Made by a program: the position numbers and the translations under genes. A stretch of 64,000 nt of DNA from the NCBI GenBank assembly GCA_964234715.1, contig OZ174275.1; one strand, written 5' to 3'. The stretch is from Podarcis melisellensis. Its lineage: Eukaryota. Under the pieces are notes generated by a model that saw only the letters and a list, made by a program, of their open reading frames with translations, did no database searches and was not told the DNA's origin. Below, one piece after another: positions 11,013 to 24,733 of the stretch; position 1 is the stretch's first letter; the number at the start of each line of letters is the position of its first letter.

Positions 11013-13585
11013 GTTAGGCAGTTTCCTGGTGTGCCTTCAATGAACATGAAGATCACTTTGATTAAAATCTCAGGGAGAAAGTAGCCACAGTTTATGTGTC
11101 TGCAAACATCAACATATGCATGCAAAGGAGCACTTAAGACCAGTCTGCTGTGCGTTCAGTTAGCAGTGCTGATGAATACTAATTTGTGACTATTTGCAAG
11201 TAGACCCGGCACAAACATTTTTTTGCAGATCCATTTTGACATTTCTTCTTTGAAAGTTCAGCCAATGTCATTTTGACGAGAGTCTTAAACTGTGCAAAAC
11301 ACTGTTTGATGTCCCTAGGAGTTTCACTTAGAAAATAGCTTGCCATGTTTGGCCCCTAATGCATTAAGCCTTGGAAAAGCAAAAGCCTCAATGTTGATAG
11401 TGCTAGAGTTAAAACTAATGAAAGTTGTGAGACAGGGCATTATGCTCTTTTACAAACAGTGAGCAACTGAGGAAGCAAAGGAGGAGATTATCCTATACAG
11501 CCAAGCAGTTTGCCTGAGGTGCTGTGGAGCTTGCCAGATGTTTTTACTGCAGAAATGAATGACAAAGAACAACATTCATTGCCTGTTGAATTACTGAGTG
11601 CCTTCTCCAGAATTTGCTCTCAAGCAACATAATTTGTGGATTGGAGTGTGAGGAAAAGCAGTCTTGTGAATTTCAAGTCAAGCTTAAATTAAACCTATAG
11701 TCAATTACACTAACAGATTCATTTTCATTATGTTGTTAAAAATGTTGTAATGGAAAAGGTGGAACAATTTAACACTATCTCCCCAAATCTGGATTTTAGA
11801 TAGTATTGACTTCTAGGTGCCCAAAAGCACAATGATGGAAATGGATATTTGTGTTGAATCCATTCACAAGTTCAACTTCTGCAAGATGAAAACCAGCAAA
11901 TGTCATGGGGTAATATCCTTTTTTTTTGGTCATACTAAGAAAAGACCCATTGGATTTCAGTGAATCTACTCTGAGTATGACTTAATTGGATGTCACTCAT
12001 GGTGAGAAAAGAATATGTGACAATCTCTTGCACACCCTCACACAACATTTCACACTACCTTTTACACAATAGTTCATGGAAGAGTGCCGCTCCCACAATT
12101 TCTTACACCAGCACATCTCCAACCCACATTCTATAAGTAAATGCACATATCATGCTCATATGTTTTGAAAGGAAGGGGATAATCTTGCTGCCACTTCCTG
12201 TGAGGCTGCACAATGACATGCAACTAAAATGGCCTTTGGCCAAGTTACACAGTATAGTTTTTCTTCATGTAAATTGTCTCAACTCTCCTAAATAGACCAT
12301 AAATGAACATACAGCTCATGCCTCATATTTGTTCATGCAAACGTTTTCCTACATTTGCACGAAGAAATAGGATACATGAACTGCGCGGACTTTATTGCCG
12401 CAGTACATTTCCCAGCAAATTGGTGTCAGCCATTCCACAACTTGACTGGATCACATCTTCTGTTTGTCCATGCATGTCGCTGTGACCAAGGAAGGCTGGG
12501 GCTGCTACAGGGCAAGGAACGAAAACAAAAGGGCTGCTCCAGCTGGCATGAGGAGGGAGCTTGCAGACATACCTGCAGAACTCATCAACTTTGCCTCCCT
12601 CACCATTTCTAAGAATGAAGCTTAGCAGATATAAATAACTATACAAAGAATTGTTATTGGCCTCTTAAGGAAATCTTCTGCCTTTCATGGCCATGTTAGG
12701 ATAAAACGTTACCAAGTATTAACCAGACGTTTTGGCTTTGGCTTTCCTGGTTGCCTGGAAGAGAATGATTTTTAATATATTTTGAGCCTGAGGTAATACA
12801 GAGGTGCTTCAGGAAACATTGGTTCTACCGTGAATTTTATCCTTCATCATTTCAGCATGATTTATATTTTCGTGGCTCACCACAAATTTCAATTTATTTT
12901 ATTTGGTTTATTGTGTCGGAATGCAACAACTATTCGGCAGACTTCAAACTTAGAAATACTTGACAAATATAGGAGTGTGCCTACTCTTTCCCCTTCCCCC
13001 CCCTTTACGGTATGCAAAATGTGGTTATTTTTTGCCTACTGTTATTTAGATCACATTTCATAGGCCAGACAGGGGAGAGGAGGGCCCAGAACACGAGAAT
13101 CCTCACGCTGCTTCATAAACAATGTCACACCTAACTTGGACAGACAAGGTTTTATAGACGTCTTGCTTTTGATCGCATGTCCTCATTTCCCCCTTGCTAC
13201 TATGCCAAAGACTCTTGAGACAGATGGAACAGTCTCGGCTCAGCCATGTGGTAATACATGGCTCCGATGCAGTGATAATGTATAGGTAGGAAGGAATGTA
13301 GTTGAGTAAAACTGTCGGGGAAATGCTGGTAGGGAGTTCACATCAGGTTTCTGAACTAAGTTCCACCACGTTGATGATCGCTCCCATCAAGAGACAATGT
13401 GTCCTTGGCTTACGCTGCTTACTCAAGGTAGGGGGTTGTCACCGTTCTTAAGGATCAGGCAGTTTACCCATGAATAACAGATGCTGTGGACAAACAATAA
13501 GAGAAAGTTTTTGCTTTTATGCCTCCTTGTGAGCTTCCCAAAGGTATCCAGCTAGCCACAGGTAGAATGAAAGCAGATTCTAGAC

Positions 13586-13719
13586 CGGCCTTCCCCAACT
13601 TGGTTTGATTTTGCTGAACTCCATCTCCCATCATCCCCCACTGTTGGCCGGATGCTGGCTGGGGCTGATGGGAGTTGGAGTCCAAAGATATATGGAGGGC
13701 AGCATATTGTGGAAGGCTT
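13586..13719. mobile_element. hAT-Charlie-like palindromic MITE with 8-bp TSD
   Basis: CGGCCTTCCCCAA...TTGTGGAAGGCT termini; TSD TTCTAGAC/TTCTAGAG. Confidence 0.75.
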
Positions 13720-14824
13720 TTCTAGAGTAATGGAGTTTTGGTCTGATCCAGCAAAGTTCTGGCATTTTTATATTTCAGAACAGGGTGACCCTGGCAATGA
13801 CTATTCTGGAATTATAGTGAGTGCTGCTGGGCCACCTAAAGATACCAGGTAAAAGAGATTAAAGAAAATCACTGGTGTCTTGCAAATGGTGGTGGCGGCG
13901 CACTGCAGAGTTCCTACTGAATTTGGAAACATAAGGGATGTTGACAGCTTCTCTTTAAGCTTTGGGAAGCTCTGCTAAACCCTGGAAAGGCTTACTGTGA
14001 TAGGCAGGGTGGCTCTCGACCAAACCTCAGCGGCAAAACACACTCTGAAATGAGGTATCAGTCGCAGTCTTGTAAAAATAGCTAAACCAGCTTTTCCATG
14101 AAAATTTTGTGCTCAAAGACATTTCTGTGTCCGATGGAGTCAAAATTCATTTTAGGGTATTTAAGTAATGAAAATATACCAAGTATGACATCAACTGCCT
14201 CAGTGATGATTAAGAGCTCAGTCCAATGTCCTGCTGTGCTGACAGAAGAATATGGGATTTGATGCTAAACAGCTAGTGCTGTCACAAGGGGAGCTTTGGT
14301 CCCCTTGCTCCAGTGCTAAGAGCTGGCTCCTTTCCCTGCACTAAGACAACACTATTGCTGTTGCAGCAAAGCTTCTATGTAGTGTAGGAACGTTGTGTTG
14401 GGGCTATTTCTTTCATAGCAAAGAGGGAGTGGGCTACAGTGCAGGGCTACCACAACACCCACTAGCCGCTAATCCTAGTGCATCTTTGCTTAAACTACAA
14501 ACTGTAGCAAGAATTGTTGCCTCTGTGAGGGCCCTGACTTATTTTAGCTGCACAGGAGGCCTTTGTAAGAGTATAGCTGCAAGAAGAGGCTTCATACATC
14601 CAAATCATTTCTTTCCACTTGGGTCAGTCCCTGTTTTCTGGTATTTTTCCCTCTTAAAATATTGTCTTGATTTTTCTGTTGAGAAAATGATTCCCTAGTA
14701 TGGAATGGAATCTGTCTTTTTGTTACAGCTGCTGCACACTGGGTTGCTATTTTCATTCAGCTATCCACTACAGCCCCAACATCTTGATCTTAATCATTCC
14801 ACTGCCCACTCAGATCGCCTGAGC

Positions 14825-15740
14825 GTATGTGAGTGCAATTTTGGATGAATAGCTGGCATAGCAAGTACCACTTGGGTGGGAAAGCTACAGTCATACACTG
14901 GGTGTCATGTTGGGCTAGGGCCCACACAAGCAGAGCCCAAGTTGTGTCATTTCCATCATAGCAACCTTTCACCACCACTATGGATGTTATCGTCACACGG
15001 TGGGGGCCTACACACATTGGTTCTACAGATGTAGTCCCTTAGTAAATATGGCCGCCAACACATAAGTATCAAGAGTAAGTACAACAGAGGGGGCCAGGGT
15101 GAGCTAGTGTGGTCTTGATCCTCCTCTTCATGTATGTAACTGAATGTAAGCAAAAGCACAGTCTTAAGAATCAGACTAATAGATTACTGTTACTTACAAG
15201 AAAGCTTAGCTTCTGAAGGCTATAACAAAACCTGTAGGCAAGCATCATGACCAGGGAGAATTTCTCAGCTTCTGTCATTCCACAGTAATCATACTAGCTC
15301 TTCTGTTGGCAGTCAGTATTTTCACCTATTAATCAACTAGGGAGGGCTAGAGAATCAGGCAGCCGAAATATCATCCTTCAAAGGCCAAATATTAAATCTG
15401 TTCTTTCTTCATTGTCCTTCCTCTTTGATTCATAGCCAATAGCTTGGTTATCAAAGTCCCTACCTCAAATTTTCCAAGAAGCTGAAATCCAACATGGCTG
15501 ATTCTTCATCATCGCCTTGTCCACTTTTCCCACAGTCTTCTTGACATATAGTAATGGAAAAGTATTTTCCTCTGATAGTCTTGGTGCCAGATCCTCATGC
15601 CTCATATCCTTTCACTCATAGACCTCCCTAGGAGTATTTCAACAAACTGAGCGCTGAACATGCATTTTCTGTATGTGAGTGCAATTTTGGATGAATAGCT
15701 GGCATAGCAAGTACCACTTGGGTGGGAAAGCTACAATCAT
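14825..15740 (+). repeat. 70-bp direct repeat pair (14825-14894 and 15671-15740)
   Basis: GTATGTGAGTGC...GGGAAAGCTACA(G/A)TCAT, 69/70 identical, separated by 776 bp. Confidence 0.95.
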
Positions 15741-16905
15741 CTACTAGATGCTGCCAGCAGAACTAAATCTGAGGGAAGACACTCTGGATGATGCACCGTG
15801 TGTGTGTGTATTTTAAAATGAAACCCATGGCAGGTCAGACTTCCAAAAGAAATCAAAAGGTATGCCAGTATGACTAGATTCCAACCATCTACTATCACTG
15901 CAGGAGCTAAAATCATTCCTTCAGGTCACAACTGATTTTCTGTTTTTGTATACGCTTGAAAGAAAACATTTATTTTTAAAGAGTGCACAGGCTGAAAATA
16001 TAATTCCCAGTATAACAAAGTTTGTCTCTTTCTATATCTGGTTCTTGTCATTAATTTTATCACCATGCAATGTCCCTGGGGACACAGAGAATTGCTTGCA
16101 AAACCTGTGGTCTCCATAGGTACTGCAACAACTGCTTTGCGAACAATACCTATGTATGAGGCAGCTGAAGAATGATGGACTGTGGAAATTGTTGCCCCAA
16201 AGCAACAACACCCCCACTTTTTGAGTGCCTTATAGGAAGAATTATGTGGAGACAAAATGGTTTGTTTTAGCCCTACTTCTAAGTTCTAATAATATGGCAA
16301 AATGAAACCAGGTTTCTAGCAACCCTTTCCATTAGAAAATACTTCACTTTGTTGTTGTTGTTGATGATGATGATGCTCCTCCATGCAAGACTTTCTTGCA
16401 TTACTGTTTCTTTCTGGCTAGGCTAGCAATGTAAAATAATCTGGTGTTTTTCTGGCATGTGTCTAACTGTCAGCGAACTCCTCATTGTCACCAGCAAATC
16501 TGCAGCTACTATGTAGGATAAGTCCTGGCTTATCAAGAAATGTGCGGTAGTTTGTCCATTGCACAAGAAGAAGAAAAAGCTATTTCTGAAAAATGCTTTT
16601 AGATGATCTTCTTCCCTGTAAGCCCCGATGCCTAGCCTAGCAGGCAGGAGTTACTTAAGACCTCCTTCGTTCTATTTGTTCAACCAATGGAAGTGTCTTC
16701 TACTTTGGTCTGCAGAGTGACATATATGCTTCATTTTCTGTTCCACAAACTCCTTTCCCTCTTTAGTAGTTAGGAGACCAACTCACTCAAGCCAAGTCTG
16801 ATTTGATCATGGAAATCATCGTGGGGGAATTTCATACCATGCCTACTTCTGAGCCATGTTCTAGCATTCAGAAGAATTTGTGTGGGGCTGAAGCATTCAA
16901 TACAA

Positions 16906-16993
16906 CATGAGACTCTTAATTTCAGGGTTGTGGGTTCAAGTACCACAGATTACCTTGGTGGTTTCTTCCAGCTCTGCAATCCTATGATTCTAT
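16906..16993 (+). mobile_element. Degraded tRNA-Lys-derived SINE with CR1-type tail
   Basis: CATGAGACTCTTAATTTCAGGGTTGTGGGTTCAAG (tRNA-Lys CTT-like) and a tail of ATCCTATGATTCTAT. Confidence 0.6.
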
Positions 16994-18508
16994 AAAAATT
17001 TACACTTAAATCCCACTAAAACCAGGTTACCTGTTTGGCCCTAATAGGAAACTTAAGTGTAACTAGCTGTTGGTGGATTATGATTTTGAGGCTACTTCTG
17101 TAGAAAACAGAGGCTGGCCGATGGAGATGGGAGGTGACTTCTGCCAGTTCACTCTTTCCTTTGCTGTCTCTTGGGCCCTCTGAAATTTGCCTCCCCCTCC
17201 CTCCACCAGTGGGTTCTTCCATGAGATCAAAAGTCTTCAGTGGATGGAAAGAGCCTTTCGTTCATGGAACTCTACATTTGGATCGAAGCCAGGGCATTCA
17301 GAATTGCTTTCAAAAGGAAATTTCCTCATATTTCTTACCTGGAAAAAAAATCACTGGGTTCCACTGAGACGCAACTCTGTGCAGTTGAATATTTAAACGC
17401 TAGAGCTCCTTCCGTTGTAATTTGCAGGGACTGTGGTTACTGATGTGTGCTTTTCTTTAGTGACCAGCTGTGGTTTTACTTACATGCTGCCCTGATCATG
17501 AATCACCAGTAAAACAAAACATCTATCTGTTCTTAACTGCTGGTGATCATGTCATTCAATTTTTTTTTTATTTTAAGGAACATAGGGGGGGGGGGGAGAG
17601 AGAATCAACCCAAATAGTGATGAATTATAAAGCAGATGCTTATGCCAAACCTGGGCCTTTACTGCTTCTTTTAATTTTAACAGCACTCTTAGTGGCATTT
17701 TGTTACAGAATTAACTCTCTGCGACCCCAATATCCTGTTTCTAATGCTTAAGACATTAAGGAGCTAATCCCCTGTGACCATAGCTCACTGTCTTTCATGT
17801 CAGATTTGATGCAATTATGTTCCACGTGTGGTATACAGGGACTTAACAGGAATTGTGTAATGCCCTTCCTATTCCTTTGAAAGACACAATCTGTAAGCTC
17901 AAAAGGGAGGTTTCTGCTGTGTAATGCTGGATTTTTTTCCATACATACAGACACAACTTACACATTTTGCAAGCATGCTGCTATGAGTGCCTGTTGGGGA
18001 TTCCCCATCTGGATTCATTTTGTCATCGATCGTTTTTTAAAATATGTTCCCATAGCACAAGCGTGAAATGCTGGATATGGAAAGGCCATTGAAAAGGCCA
18101 CTACTGGAGAGAAACAGTCACAATTCAGTCCACAGATCTTTATGGGTATGTTGAAGAATCAATGCTGTATCATATTTTTTTTGGAGGTGTGGATGAAAGC
18201 TGCAGTATTATATCTGGCAACTTCTGGGACAGCTGCAAAGGGAGGCAGCTTTTCTGTCTTAGTAAAACGCAGTTCCTTTCAGATTTTACGTGCAGTCTTC
18301 ATGAACTGCAATGGCTCACAAGTGCAATACATTTGTTCTGTTTATTAGTCACTCTGCAGCATACTTTCATAGGCAGTTAGATAAGCTGGCTTTGTATTGC
18401 AATGACAGATCGGTGTGAATGTCCATCCATATTTTACCTTGTTACCATTCTTGAGGTTTGCCTATCTTTGTAGGTGAAAATGCTCTTTCTTTGGATGTCT
18501 ATTGAAAG

Positions 18509-18911
18509 TAGGGCTAAAGGAGAAATTCAGTTCTGTTTTCATTTACTTAATTCACATGAATTCATGAAACAACTGGCAAACCAAAACAGCAATCTTTCAT
18601 GATTTTCATTTTTCTGAATTTTGTCATTCAGTTACCCAGCCATGTAATGAACAAATATGTGTATGGCAAAGTGTGCATAGAAATGCATATATTAGTGAAA
18701 AAAGAACCCAGAACTGGGGGAAGTGCTTTGCCAAAAAATATGTACATGCAGCAAAATTGTTTACAAAAATATTAGGAGAAATTTGAACTAAAATGCTGAT
18801 TAATTCATGAGGTTTTCTAAAAAAGAAATAAATCACAAACTGGCGTGGAAATCTACTATACTAGTGAGTGGAAGAATGAGCAACCAAAATTGGCAGATTC
18901 ACCCATCCCTA
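18509..18911. mobile_element. AT-rich non-autonomous hAT (Ac-like) element
   Basis: Termini TAGGGCT.../...CCCATCCCTA. The internal AAATGCATAT-rich sequence recurs at ~22886-23225, ~34815-35035 and ~57760-58050. Confidence 0.55.
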
Positions 18912-20122
18912 ATTGGGATGTTGAAAGTTTTCAGGATACCTTAATACTGGCCAGAAACTTGTGGTTTGAAAATGAGAACTATGGGCTTTCCCCCTGTCCC
19001 ACCTTGTACACATTTTCACTGATACAAGGGAAAGGTAGAGCTACTCTTGGAATACACTTTCATTTTATTTTAAAGCTACCCTAGAACAAAAGATAAAAAT
19101 GGTGAAGCAAAGCTAGGGCAATGTTTGCTTGTTTTTGATGCTGGGCCCTTGAATGTGAAATTCCCTCTGTGGAGATGCTTTTGGCGCATTTTAGGAGTGT
19201 GGTAAAAAAGTTTATTTTTCATTCAAAAACAAACAAACTCCAGTCTTAATGTGGGATACGTCTCCCAGGAATGCTGAGAATGAATGGACAAGGGAGGGTG
19301 CTAATTGAAATCCTAACATGCTTTGCACACACTCTTTGTTCAAAGCACTGAAATGAGAAGAAATGCTGCTATCTAAAAGTAAGCTACCTTCAGGCATGCT
19401 TTAAGATGCTTTCATGTGCACCTTGGCTAAGCAGGTGCAGCCCGCTTGGAGTGTCCCACATGATGGAGTGCTGGGGAGGGGACTTGGATAAACACACTTC
19501 TATCCAACAGGCTTCACTTATTCACTGGTATGGGCTACATCTATGGAACCTTTCACCTAAAATATTGGGTTTCTTCAAGCAAACATCCTGGGACTTATTT
19601 TTTCAGCCATACAGCCTGAGCCAATGTGTAATTCCATTTAGTCATTTTGGCAGCTATACTTTTATTAATATTGACTACCTGCCAGAGGAATTTCTGTTTA
19701 AGGAGAGTTACTAATGGATGGGGCATATGATCCAGAAAATCTGGTATTCGTGTATTGTCCTCCTCAGTTATCATGGATACAAATGAAGAATCCAAACTAT
19801 TGGCAGCATGGATACAAATGAACAACTGTAAGCAAGTAAATACCAGTGGCTTTTTTATGGACAACCTGTGGCTGGCCGACTTCTATCTTGCATAGTCTCC
19901 CTGAATGCCTACAGCCCACTAATGTATTTGGAATTTAGAAAGCAAGGGTCAGGATCTTTTTCAGGCAGGGGGTTAGTTATTTTAGTCTGTTGCAGAAGGG
20001 GGGGGCACAGCACAGGTGCCTATCCTCACATCCCAACAAAGACTCCTAGAAGGAACCACACAATGATCTATGATCTCTGTAAACCCGATGAAAGAATTAC
20101 CTACAGTTAAACAGGGCCAAGT

Positions 20123-20472
20123 GGGACGTGGGTGGCGCTGTGCTTTAAACCACTGAGCCTCGGACTTGCTGATCAGAAGGTCGGCGGTTTGAATCCTCAC
20201 AACGGGGTGAGCTCCCGTTGCTCAGTCCCAGCTCCTGCCAACCTAGCAGTTTGAAAGCACCTCAGAGTGCAAGTAAATAAATAGATACCACTCCCGCGGG
20301 AAGGTAAACGTGTTTCTGTGCGCTGCTTTGGTTTCCCAGAAGTGGCTTAGTCATGATGGCCACATGATCTGGAAGCTGTCTGCCGGCTCCCTCAGCCAAT
20401 AAAGCGAGATGAGCGCCACAACCCCAGAGTCCTCCGCGACTGGACCTAATGGTCAGGGGTCCCTTTACCTTT
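20123..20472 (+). mobile_element. Full-length Sauria SINE with 14-bp TSD
   Basis: GGGACGTGGGTGGCGCTGTG head and CCCTTTACCTTT tail; TTAAACAGGGCCAA at 20107-20120 and 20471-20484. Confidence 0.95.
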
Positions 20473-21104
20473 AAACAGGGCCAAATCTGCACTGACAACA
20501 CTGAAGGGTGTCAGTCTCAGCCAGGCATTTTTTATCAGTTACCTAACAATAGAGGCTGGTGTGCTGGGGCAGAGGTGTTGAACTGCCCTCCCCCAATTAT
20601 TGTCAACACTGAACCTTACCAGGGCAGGGCAGCAGCAAGGTTAGGGCTGTGTTGACACATCAGCAGGATGGGGCGCTGCCTGACCTAGCCCTGTTGGAGA
20701 TGGCTGCAGCTACACCACTGATAAGAGGGCAGCTCCATCAATCTGTCCCACTCTACTAGCTGCTTCTGCTACCCAAAACACACAGTTTAACCATAAACTG
20801 AGGCACCAGTACCATCACAATTAAGGTGTGACTCAAGTCACACACACACTCCCTTTTTGAAGCAGCATTCTGCAACAGACTCTCTCTTTTTTTGAATATG
20901 AACATTTGCAAGCGAACCCCAGTCCAGCCCAGTAAGCAATTTCTACCATGACTTTACATGTAGACATGTTTGCAAAAGCTGGAATTGCAATGCAGATTTT
21001 AAGACTGCCACCCTCCATTAGTTCCTCCATTAGATACTCTGAGATATTTACTTTGATCACAGCTGGGAGAAGCCTTAAGAATTAACTCTCATTGCTTCAC
21101 TGTT

Positions 21105-21360
21105 CTATTTGTTATTTCATAAAATGTATACTCTGCTTAATTGTAAAAGAAAACCTCAAAGCAGTTTACAAAAAAGACAATAAAATTATCAATGAGAACA
21201 ATTAATGATTATTTAAGGCTTTTTACTTTGCCAGTAACAGTAGACTAAAAACAGATTAGAACTCACATCAACTTTCTAAATATCTGGGTAGGCTTGTCTA
21301 AACAAAAATATTTTTAGCAGACACCGAAAAGAGTACAGTGAATGCACCAGCCTGATATGA
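21105..21360 (-). mobile_element. Degraded L2-like 3' end
   Basis: TATTTGTTATTT...AAAGCAGTTTACAA tail pattern and AAAATATTTTTAGCAGACACCGAAA, similar to L2 3' termini. Confidence 0.4.
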
Positions 21361-22461
21361 AACATGCACATCCTTAAACGATCGTATCATCAACTCAAAG
21401 GGAATGTGGACAGCCTGGCCTCCTTCAAACCTTGTAATATAAGCTATATTTCTCATTTCATCAGTCTCTAGGTTGTAGAAAAGGCTTCCCTGTCCACAAA
21501 GGTATACAATCTCTCAGACAGGATTTAATGTTCATTAGCTGTTTTTAGATTCGGTTCAAGCATTAGTAACTTTGAGAATGCCATATGTGATCTAGGACAC
21601 ATTTCAGTGTGTGCTGTTTCTTCCACTAAAGGATGACAAATACAGATAGCTGCACCTCATTCAGCATTTTAATGGTAATTCTCTCTCTTGGATCAATTCC
21701 ATTTTTGAACCACAGATCGTTGCCACTTAACCATGGCACTAAGGTTCACAATGGTGCAAAGGGTGTCAGTTGTTGATGCTTGTTGAGAGGTGCAGCAGGC
21801 TTCAGTTTGGAGTGGGGAATGCTAGTCTATATGGTCAGAAAAATAAAACTTTTATTGGACTTGATCACTTCCAGCTGGATGGTGGAGCTGGGTGTGGAGT
21901 TCTTTGGTTTGCAGCCTACAATAATGCAGAGCTAAACGATGTAAAATCATAGAGCTTTCACCAAGTTCTTTTTAGCCCAGAAACAATAGTGCCAAAGTAG
22001 ATTAGGGCATGTACTGCTGTCCCTTGACCACTGAACCATCTCTCACCAATGGAATTCTGTTACCCAGCTGTCTCATGAGTTTACTCTTGCCCTTGTAATC
22101 TTTATTCCCTTAACCCTTTATGTAGCACCCTCAAAGATGACAATGTGGCTATTATAAGTCCAAAGGAGACCACCATTTTGGAATTGCTTGTGTAAGGCAA
22201 AAGTGAAGGCAAAGTACAAAAACTTCTCATTTTAACTCTCCATGCTTAGTGTTGCAAAGTGGCTTTTTCATTGCATGGTTATCCTTTGGAGTTCTTTTAT
22301 CTAGCATTTCAAAGTGTTGGATTAACTCTGGCTCTATACCAGAAAATGGCAATAGCATGGCACATGCATATTTTCTTAGACTATTTGTTTTTCTTAAACT
22401 ACTTCCAAATATATATAGCCAAATAAATGAAGGAACTGAAGAATTGATGTGCTTTGAAAAG

Positions 22462-22496
<35 letters not shown>

Positions 22497-22510
22497 GACA
22501 CACACACACA
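22462..22510. repeat. Compound (CA)n(TA)n(CA)n microsatellite
   Basis: Directly visible. Confidence 0.9.
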
Positions 22511-23393
22511 TTTTACTTGAACTGGGTGTGGACTGTATATTGGATTGCAAAGTGAATTCCTGATGTATTTTCCTAAGATTCTAGAGCACCCAGGAGAATT
22601 CTGATTATCTGTGCATATGGATTGAATGTGTGAGAACAAATTAGTGATACATGATTAAACAGGGCGGTTTCATGCATTGTTTAAGAGTTGTTCCTCCAAG
22701 GCACAGAGAGGTTCCTGAAAAATGGAACATATAGACACCTCCTCAGTTTTGCAGTCCATGAATTTTGGACATAGCTCTGCATTGTTCAAAAATATTTTAA
22801 TATTACTAATCGAAGCAGTAGACCTGGCTTCTCTCCTTCCAGTCCTCCTCTCTTAGCCCACTGCTTCCTTCATCTACCCATCACTTAGGGGTGTAGTAGA
22901 ATTTTATTTTATTTTTTGTCTGCAGAAGCAAATGGACCTCATTCACATGTATCAGAACATAATCATCCTTCAGATTTCTCATTTCTCCAAATTGTACGAC
23001 CCATTTGTCAAGTCAAAAAACCAAAATGCATTAAAAATGTAATTTAGGATAAAATAAATTTGGAAATGCAAACATTGAGGTAATATATGTATTTTAAAAA
23101 ATATGTTGTGATTTAATTTTTTTTGCATAATTTTAAAATCCCAGATTATTTCAAAGATGGGATCTAACAACATATGAATGAATAGATATACAAAACTGAT
23201 ATGGACTGGAAAGAGTCTTATTTCTAGCTAACATTCTCAGCACACTTCAGCTTTAAAAAGATGAGACACATTCAGCCTCTCAGAATATGTCCGACTTGTC
23301 AGAGGCTAGTTGTTTTCAAAAATACACAACAATGATTAGGTCTATTATTCATTCATTCATTCGTTTAATAAATTTATACCTTGCTTTCCACTA

Positions 23394-23611
23394 CAGTGGT
23401 ACCTTGGGTTACAGACGCTTCAGGTTACAGACTCTGCTAACCCAGAAATAGTACCTCGGGTTAAGAACTTTGCTTCAGGATGAGAACAGAAATCGTGTGG
23501 CGGCTGCAGTGGGAAGCCCCATTAGCTAAAGTGGTACCTCAGGTTAAGAACAGTTTCAGGTTAAGAATGGACCTCCAGAACAAATTAAGTTCTTAACCCA
23601 AGGTACCACTG
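23394..23611. mobile_element. Tc1/mariner Tigger-like MITE, family A, inserted in an L2-like tail
   Basis: TIR CAGTGGTACCTTGGGTTA / TAACCCAAGGTACCACTG with TA on the left. Near-identical to 28233 and 34099. Confidence 0.88.
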
Positions 23612-23773
23612 TGTATATTTTCAAAGCAGCTTACAGGGGAGAAAAGAAAAGAAAACATACAACATATAAACTTTAAAACATAGATTAAAGTTTGTTAAAT
23701 TTCTTAGATGACCCGGTGTAAAAACACACACACTCAAGGCATATTATAGCAATTAAAATATGCGTTAAGTTAA

Positions 23774-23876
23774 AAGTGTGCCTGCTCATACCATTAACTA
23801 ACTTAGTTGGTCTCTAAGGTGCTACTGGAAGGATTTTTTTATTTTATTTTATTTTATTTATTTTATTTTGTTTCAA
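23774..23876 (+). mobile_element. PLE family B 3' remnant with the hammerhead partly deleted
   Basis: GCTCATACC...AACTTAGTTGGTCTCTAAGGTGCTACTGGAAGGA is the reverse complement of 26315-26375. Confidence 0.7.
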
Positions 23877-24295
23877 CAGCAGTGTAAATAATATACTAAA
23901 ACTATGCTACCCCTCTCCCCCAAGAATGACAAATGATTCAGGAATAACCAATTAGCACCATGGTGGAATTTCAAAATTGGCCAATCACATTCTATCAAAT
24001 TCCTGGAAGTAAAAGAATGTCAGTCTGGTGACAAATAAAACAGTTAGGCCAGTGCCAGGCAGGCCTTGCTGGGCAGAGCATGCCATAGACAGGGGCCCTA
24101 CAAGGAGTGAAACTGAGCAGAGAGACTAATGTGTACTCCCTGCCGGAGTGACTGTCATTCAGTATAAGCATGGCAGCACACTACAGTTACTGAGTATGAT
24201 ATGTGTACTTTCCTCTTTTTCTCATTCTTACTTTGTGATAAATATAAGCACAACCTTATAATCACAGGGCATCTTTGAAGTCCATGGTGACAATG

Positions 24296-24299
24296 AATA

Positions 24300-24349
<50 letters not shown>

Positions 24350-24733
24350 TTATTATTTATACCCCGCCCATCTGGCTGGGCTTCCCCAGCCACTCTGGGC
24401 GGCTTCCAAAAAAAATATTAAAATACTCTAATACATCAAACATTAAACAGGGCTGCCTTCAGATGTCTTCTAAAAGTCTGGTAGTTGTTGTTCTCTTTGA
24501 CATCTGGTGGGAGGGCGTTCCACAGGGAGGGCGCCACTACCGAGAAGGCCCTCTGCCTGGTTCCCTGTAACCTGGCTTCTCGCAGTGAGGGAACCACCAG
24601 AAGGCCCTCGGCACTGGACCTCAGCGTCCGGGCAGAACGATGGGGGTGGAGACGCTCCTTCAGGTATACTGGGCCGAGGCCGTTTAGGGCTTTAAATGTC
24701 AGCACCAACAATTTGAATTGTGCTCGGAAACGT
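24296..24733 (-). mobile_element. L2 LINE 3' fragment with (AAT)n tail
   Basis: ORF 24436-24711 (LVLTFKALNGLGPVYL...RAFSVVAPSLWNALP...TFRRHLKAALF) is a typical L2 ORF2 C-terminus; microsatellite tail at 24296-24349. Confidence 0.9.

Noticed and set aside
13779-13848. Plus-strand exon candidate (TTTCAG|AACAGG...CCAG|GTAAAA)
   Set aside because: Weak donor, unrecognised peptide and no supporting neighbouring exons.
19772-19822. 16-bp direct repeat CATGGATACAAATGAA
   Set aside because: Ordinary short local duplication with no further structure.
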